Origin: Tubulanus polymorphus
Taxonomy: Eukaryota > Animalia > Nemertea
Direction of reading: 5' to 3'
Assembly (NCBI RefSeq): GCF_964204645.1
Contig: NC_134036.1
Span: 3,348,001-3,412,000, forward strand
DNA: 64,000 nt
The notes beneath the pieces are model-generated. The model searched no databases, was not told the DNA's origin, and saw only the letters and a program-made list of their open reading frames with translations. Positions 58,501-64,000 of this stretch are shown here, in pieces. Numbering within the stretch: position 1 is the first letter of the stretch; each line of letters starts with the position of its first letter. The translations under genes and the position numbers were made by a program.

Positions 58501-58869
58501 ATGGCATATCACCTGAACTTCCTTGTTTTCTATCTAGGATGCTGTCAGCAGTTAGTTTTAAGTACAAACACATATTTATCCCATCAGCAGCAACGTCATC
58601 ACATAGTAGGTCCTCTAGGACATAAAGTTCACTATAACTGAAGTCAAGTTCTCCCAATATTTGTTCGTTTGTTTGTTTATCCTTTCGCTGAGTTCGAACA
58701 CTGCCCACACGTATTTATTTATCCAGTTCATCTGATGTGGTCCTGATCATCAAACACAAACGTCAATAGTTCCACCATATTGATGACAAACATCCTAAAA
58801 AATATAAATGAAACTTAATAGATTTGAGGCCACCAAACAAGAGTTATAGTTAAGTCTAGTTACCGGTGT

Positions 58870-59480
58870 ATCTAAGGTACCCCCAAAATGAGGGTCAGGG
58901 GTCAAATATTTTTTGTCTCCGATTTCGATGAAGTTTAGTATAGACATGTATTCTGGGGTGCTGATCACAGATCTGAAAGAATTTTTAGGATCCAGGGCCC
59001 CAAAAATGAGAAATTAGAATTTTTGGGGGACCCCTAAATTTTCGAAAGGCCTTGGACCCCAGAATTTTCGAGATATTCAAAATCTGATAGCAGATTTGGA
59101 ATTAGCACCCCTGAAAATAGTAAGGACTAAAATTTTAACCAAATCGAAGAGATTCGATTTTTTGGCCAAAAATGGCAAAAATCTAAGGTGTAAGTCCAGG
59201 AGTTTTTTTTCGGCGAAAAATTTTTTTTCTCCGATTCCTTCGAAACTTAGTAGGAAGATGTATTCTGAGGTGTAGATTCCGGATCTGCAATCAGATTTTG
59301 AATCGGAATTCATCTTCATGACCAATTTAGGGTTTTAACGGCCAAAATATGCACCCCAAAAATGGGGTACAAAGTCAAAAAAATTTTAGGCCCTATTTTA
59401 TCAAAATTTAGTACTGACATGTTTTTTGGGGTGCTGATCACGAATATGGAGTTGGTTTTTGGATACAAAGCCCCCGAAGA
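58870..59480. repeat. Repeat with internal direct/inverted subunits (likely non-autonomous DNA element)
   Basis: ccccaaaatg...ttctggggtgctgatcac appears at ~58880-58970 and ~59353-59445, with inverted-like copies between them. Confidence 0.5.
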
Positions 59481-62400
59481 CAACAGAAAGAGTAAATTAT
59501 CTTAGATAAGAATATCAATCAAAATCTGTCAGTTCAATCGTTCTGCTGTCTGCATACAAGTAGGTTTTACAGTATCAGCGCACACAATTTATAACACCAC
59601 TGGTTATCAGTCAAACTTAGATTTCAGTATTTGAGTTGAATCTGCAATCTGCAATTATATCGACGCCTTTCTGACTCAAAGTACTCTTTAGAATTGTTCT
59701 AATGTTTTGTCGAATAGACCGAAAGTGTTTGGAAATCATATTTACTTACACCGAGTCTATCTGCAATATCTCTTTAATTGTTTCTGATTCGAAGTCTGAG
59801 AAACAGAATTCGATGTTTGTGATCAGTATGACGCTGATCCAGTAATAACCAGTTCAATCAAGTATACATAATAATAGCTTATGATGTACAATGAAACCTC
59901 CATCATATTTCTGAACACATAGTGCAGCATCTTATGTTCAAATCAATTTAGTCATATTTGAATTTTGGCTGCAGGACCAAAACTGCATAAAATCTAGTAT
60001 CTGGCAACTGGTGTTTTGACGCCAACTATGATATAACTATGATGAAGGTCCAATGTTAACATACTACGCTATAATAGGAAGGAGTTTATATTCACCTGAC
60101 TGCTTGACCGAATTCGAATGAAAAGTGCTGAAATCTTCATATGGGTTCATAGTTGAAACACGTTTTAGATTTAATTCGTTATCAGCATCGCGCAGCATAA
60201 CGTAGGTCCATATTGTTAGAAGGTGAATCCTACCGACGGCTTTTTGGTATGTCCCTTCCTTCAATGAATATTCCCTGTATGTCAAGTCATGGTGGTAAAC
60301 ACACACTTAGAGTTCAAAGTTCTATGTACAGGCGACATCCATGAAATGTCCAAGATATCTAAGATGTTCTTCGCGATGTCTCCAAGATTCTGTAATCAAT
60401 CACAAAAATATAAAAGTTAAGATTGAATTAAGCAGTGCCATTGCCAATGAAACTCGTAAGAGGCTGGACCCAGATGAACAGTTGTAATTCAAGTACCTAT
60501 AAGATGAAACTAGTCTAAGTGCACAGATTTGATAGGTTTGTGAACAGATTACTGTACTTACTTATGGCATCCTTTCCAAGCAATCACATACGTGCCTTCA
60601 GACAAACACATCTTAGGAGCAGCAATGACCACAGCAATCAAACTCAGATTAATATGACGCTCTCCTTTCGAATCCAATTACTGTGACCATTCAACTGGTT
60701 AGTGAGTAACCTGCCAAGACAATTTGGAAAGAAAAAACATATATTCACCCAACAGGTACACAACAAAATGTGGTCTAAGTACCTGCTAGCTGCTCAATCA
60801 GTCCCACTCCTTCGCGACTAAGCTTGAGCATAGTTACAAAGTCAAAAGTTCCACTATCCCCGTGAGCATAGTAGAGCCATACCTATGTCCATCATAACAA
60901 GTATCTGAAATATATTTCAAAAAAAGATATTTAATAAGAGCATCGGGCAAACTGAATAGAATGATAATCTAAACGCGATTAACGAGTTGAATATACCAAA
61001 CCAACGAACCATAACTGAGACGTAAATGGATAGAACTCTTTAGGTATGAATGGATCCATTTAAATCGGCAACGACAACACACGCAAGCCAGCAACACGTT
61101 GAATTTGGGTTCGAGTCCCATTTCTCCAACAGGCGAAGTGGTTTTATGCAGTTTGGTAAATCTCGGCAAATTTACGACTAAGAAATTCCCCTAGCATAAA
61201 TTATCATCATAACCGATAACGCTTTTACAGTTTGCCGAGAAAATAAATTACATATTGCATACAGTCGTATTATAAATGAGCAGTACAAGTCATTTAACGA
61301 CTAGTGTTTATTGTTGATAAGCGGAAAAATTAATTTTTTAATCTACTACGAAACTAACGCATTCAACTAGTGACCACTGTCCTGTACAATGGAATATTTC
61401 ATACAGTCGTTTCTGTAGTGAACGGGTAGATAACTTATGTTAGATTTGTTACCCTTATAAATTCATTATGAACACTTTTAAATAGCATCACGTTACTTAA
61501 TTAATCGTGTTCTAACATTTCGCTACATTTGCGCGTGGTTAGATGTTGTCAAAACATTAGTTTCAGTAAAAAATCGTCTCTAGCGGAATTCCCGTGAACT
61601 AAAAATCTCGATGTTGATAGTTCACGGAAATTCCGTCAGTGGCGCTGATCAACTGATTAAACGTTTTCCTATTGAATGCGGCGTTTGAAAACTTAGCGAA
61701 AAGTTGAAGTACTATATCTGAAACACTGTAGTGGTGTTGAAAATAAATCAAATAAATTTCAAGTCGGTGAAAAAATGAACGTAAAAATATGAACTGCAAA
61801 ATAGTAACGAATGATGAACAATATTCCTTTAAATCGAATTAGTTCACTATAATTCCGATAAGGGGCGCCACAAAACGGGCCAAAAAATCCAAAATCGCTA
61901 CGTATATCAATCACTCCAATAGTGTACATGTAAATAACGTTTGGTTGCATTTTATATCCAATTTTCTGTTTTTAATAATTGAATAACTACTCCATATTAC
62001 CATAAAATGGTTACAGTGGAAATAAATCCATCCCATTCGATTCTAAATTCTAGATGTCCTTTCAAAAAAGAAATTCAGCCTTAACGATGAAGCTAACACA
62101 ATCGATGCAATCTGTTTTGCCGACTGGTGATACTGTGAACCCTGGGTACGCCGTTTCAGACATCTATCGATGAGAACTTTAAATCAAACCTATCATTACA
62201 GAGAGTTATATATATTAACAACCAATGATTCATTCTAAATACGTATTGAAAATAACCTCCAAGTAGATGTAGATGATAGATGCTAAACCAGAAAACGAAA
62301 CTAGGTTTTATCAAGGCTTTTGGAAAGCCTTTTTGAAATAGGTAGGTTGTAGTATGCTTTATACGAATTCCAAATAACAGAAGAAACAATTTTTGCACCG

Positions 62401-64000
62401 ACAGTGATGATGAAAGCAATTTAACTACAATCGATGGCGCACTTCTTAAATGAAATCATGGAAGCTTACCTTTGTTACAGTCGTTTTCCTAATGTCTCAA
62501 GACGTGTCCTGTGTCCTCCTGCCTTCGAGACGAACTATATTGTTTTCAAATATTGGTATCTTCTCCACCGATTTTACAGGTCCTTTTAAATTCATTTTCA
62601 ATCCAGCATGCCTGCCTGGACCAACCAGTTTACTTTCAGACACTGGAGTTTCCGGTTCCAAATTTTGGTGTCATTGTCTCCTTTAAAACTGTCGTTATTA
62701 TGTATTTTAAACAAAATCCTAAAATCTCCCAAGTTCCAGTAATAATATGGCGGTGGTATATACTGTTCTATATACGGGAGGCTCTCCTGGTTAGTTGGTG
62801 AGTTAACTCATGCGAACGAACCCCGATTCGATCAACGATTCCTAATCCGGGTGACCTTGAGCAACGCTGAATTATTGACGCTGCGAAGCCGTTCAAAAGA
62901 ATGGATTAGTCAAAAATTAAAATTAGATGGCCTAAACAAAATTAAATAAATAACAACACCAGTGTTTATTTCATTAGTGCATTTGAATGTTAATCATAAT
63001 GGTTTTTACAATAAATAAACGTGCCTTCTTTTACAATTTAATCAAGAGCAATACAATATATTATCGCATCTATTAAATGTGATGATGATTGTTAAGAGTT
63101 ATAAAACACACCATGCAAATGAATGATTAAGAAAAATAAACTCGAGATCAGTGAAAATGTTCTTTTAAACTGCAACAAGTGCTCACAAGTGCTGTAAAAT
63201 AATGAAAGAATTAATGGTTATAAAGATATCACGTAACCTCCTCCCCACTAAGGGGTTTTTCCAAAAAGGCAATGTTGTTTTTGCCTACTTGTGGGTCGAA
63301 AGAAAATTGGTTGGGAAGAAATTTTCAACTCACCCTATAATACTATCCACGCACGTCTTCTCCTTACTCGCACGGGCAAAGGGGGTTCACGCTTTTTCCA
63401 TATTCATCTTTGAAGCCCAAATCCGATCGATCACAAACTGATGTCTGTTCTAACCCAAACAGCTCTTTTCAATCCCATGGCCATGTATTGACCTGATTAG
63501 GACATGCACCGATGGAGCCATCACCTGAAAAATACAAACACAGGTAAATTTCCAGTTTTTAAACATTGTTTAACAAAACCATAGCAAACCCCTGAGTTCG
63601 TTTGAAAAAAGATAAACCTACTGATGAGTTAAACATGTTCAATCAAACTCGCTAAGTTATTGTAATTGGGATGATCATTATAGATATGTTGAATTATGTA
63701 TACAAATGATGACTTACAACAATTTAGTCAATCGGATTAGAAATACAAATCTCGAGATCTTAAAATGGCAATGACCTAAGTGATGCAACGACTTTCCGAT
63801 GACTACTCAAGCCAGTTTGACCATACATTAATTACCTGTTGTGTATTTTAGTGATGTGTTTCAACATGTTGCCTTTCTGGAAGAACGGTTTGCCGCAATA
63901 ATCACACAGGAACGTTCCCATACTCGTGTGCAGTTTCAAGTGTTTCTGCATCGACGTTGTTGATTTGAAACCTTTACCGCACGAATAGCACCGATACACC

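Overview
This is AT-rich, intron-containing animal genomic DNA, probably from an invertebrate; the species cannot be determined from the sequence. I spliced eight protein-coding genes by hand with consistent intron phases. These are a TBC-domain RabGAP (-), an uncharacterised type-I membrane protein with two EB/EGF-like modules (+), dUTPase (-) head-to-head with KTI12 (+), three divergent two-Ig-domain surface-protein genes (-), and a ~1460-aa low-complexity orphan with a 52-Asp run (-). The standout structure is the last KTI12 intron (29300-36299), a 7-kb minor-spliceosome (U12, AT-AC) intron containing a complete antisense Ig-receptor gene. That gene belongs to a local cluster of strongly diverged two-Ig genes with an unusual vicinal Cys-Cys signature, one transmembrane and two probably GPI-anchored, with Rel/NF-kB-like promoter motifs. 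The cluster is a candidate recognition or immune receptor family. The remainder holds an R2-like retrotransposon relic, MITEs, tRNA-derived SINEs and several satellites and minisatellites. No CRISPR array, rRNA or intact tRNA was found.
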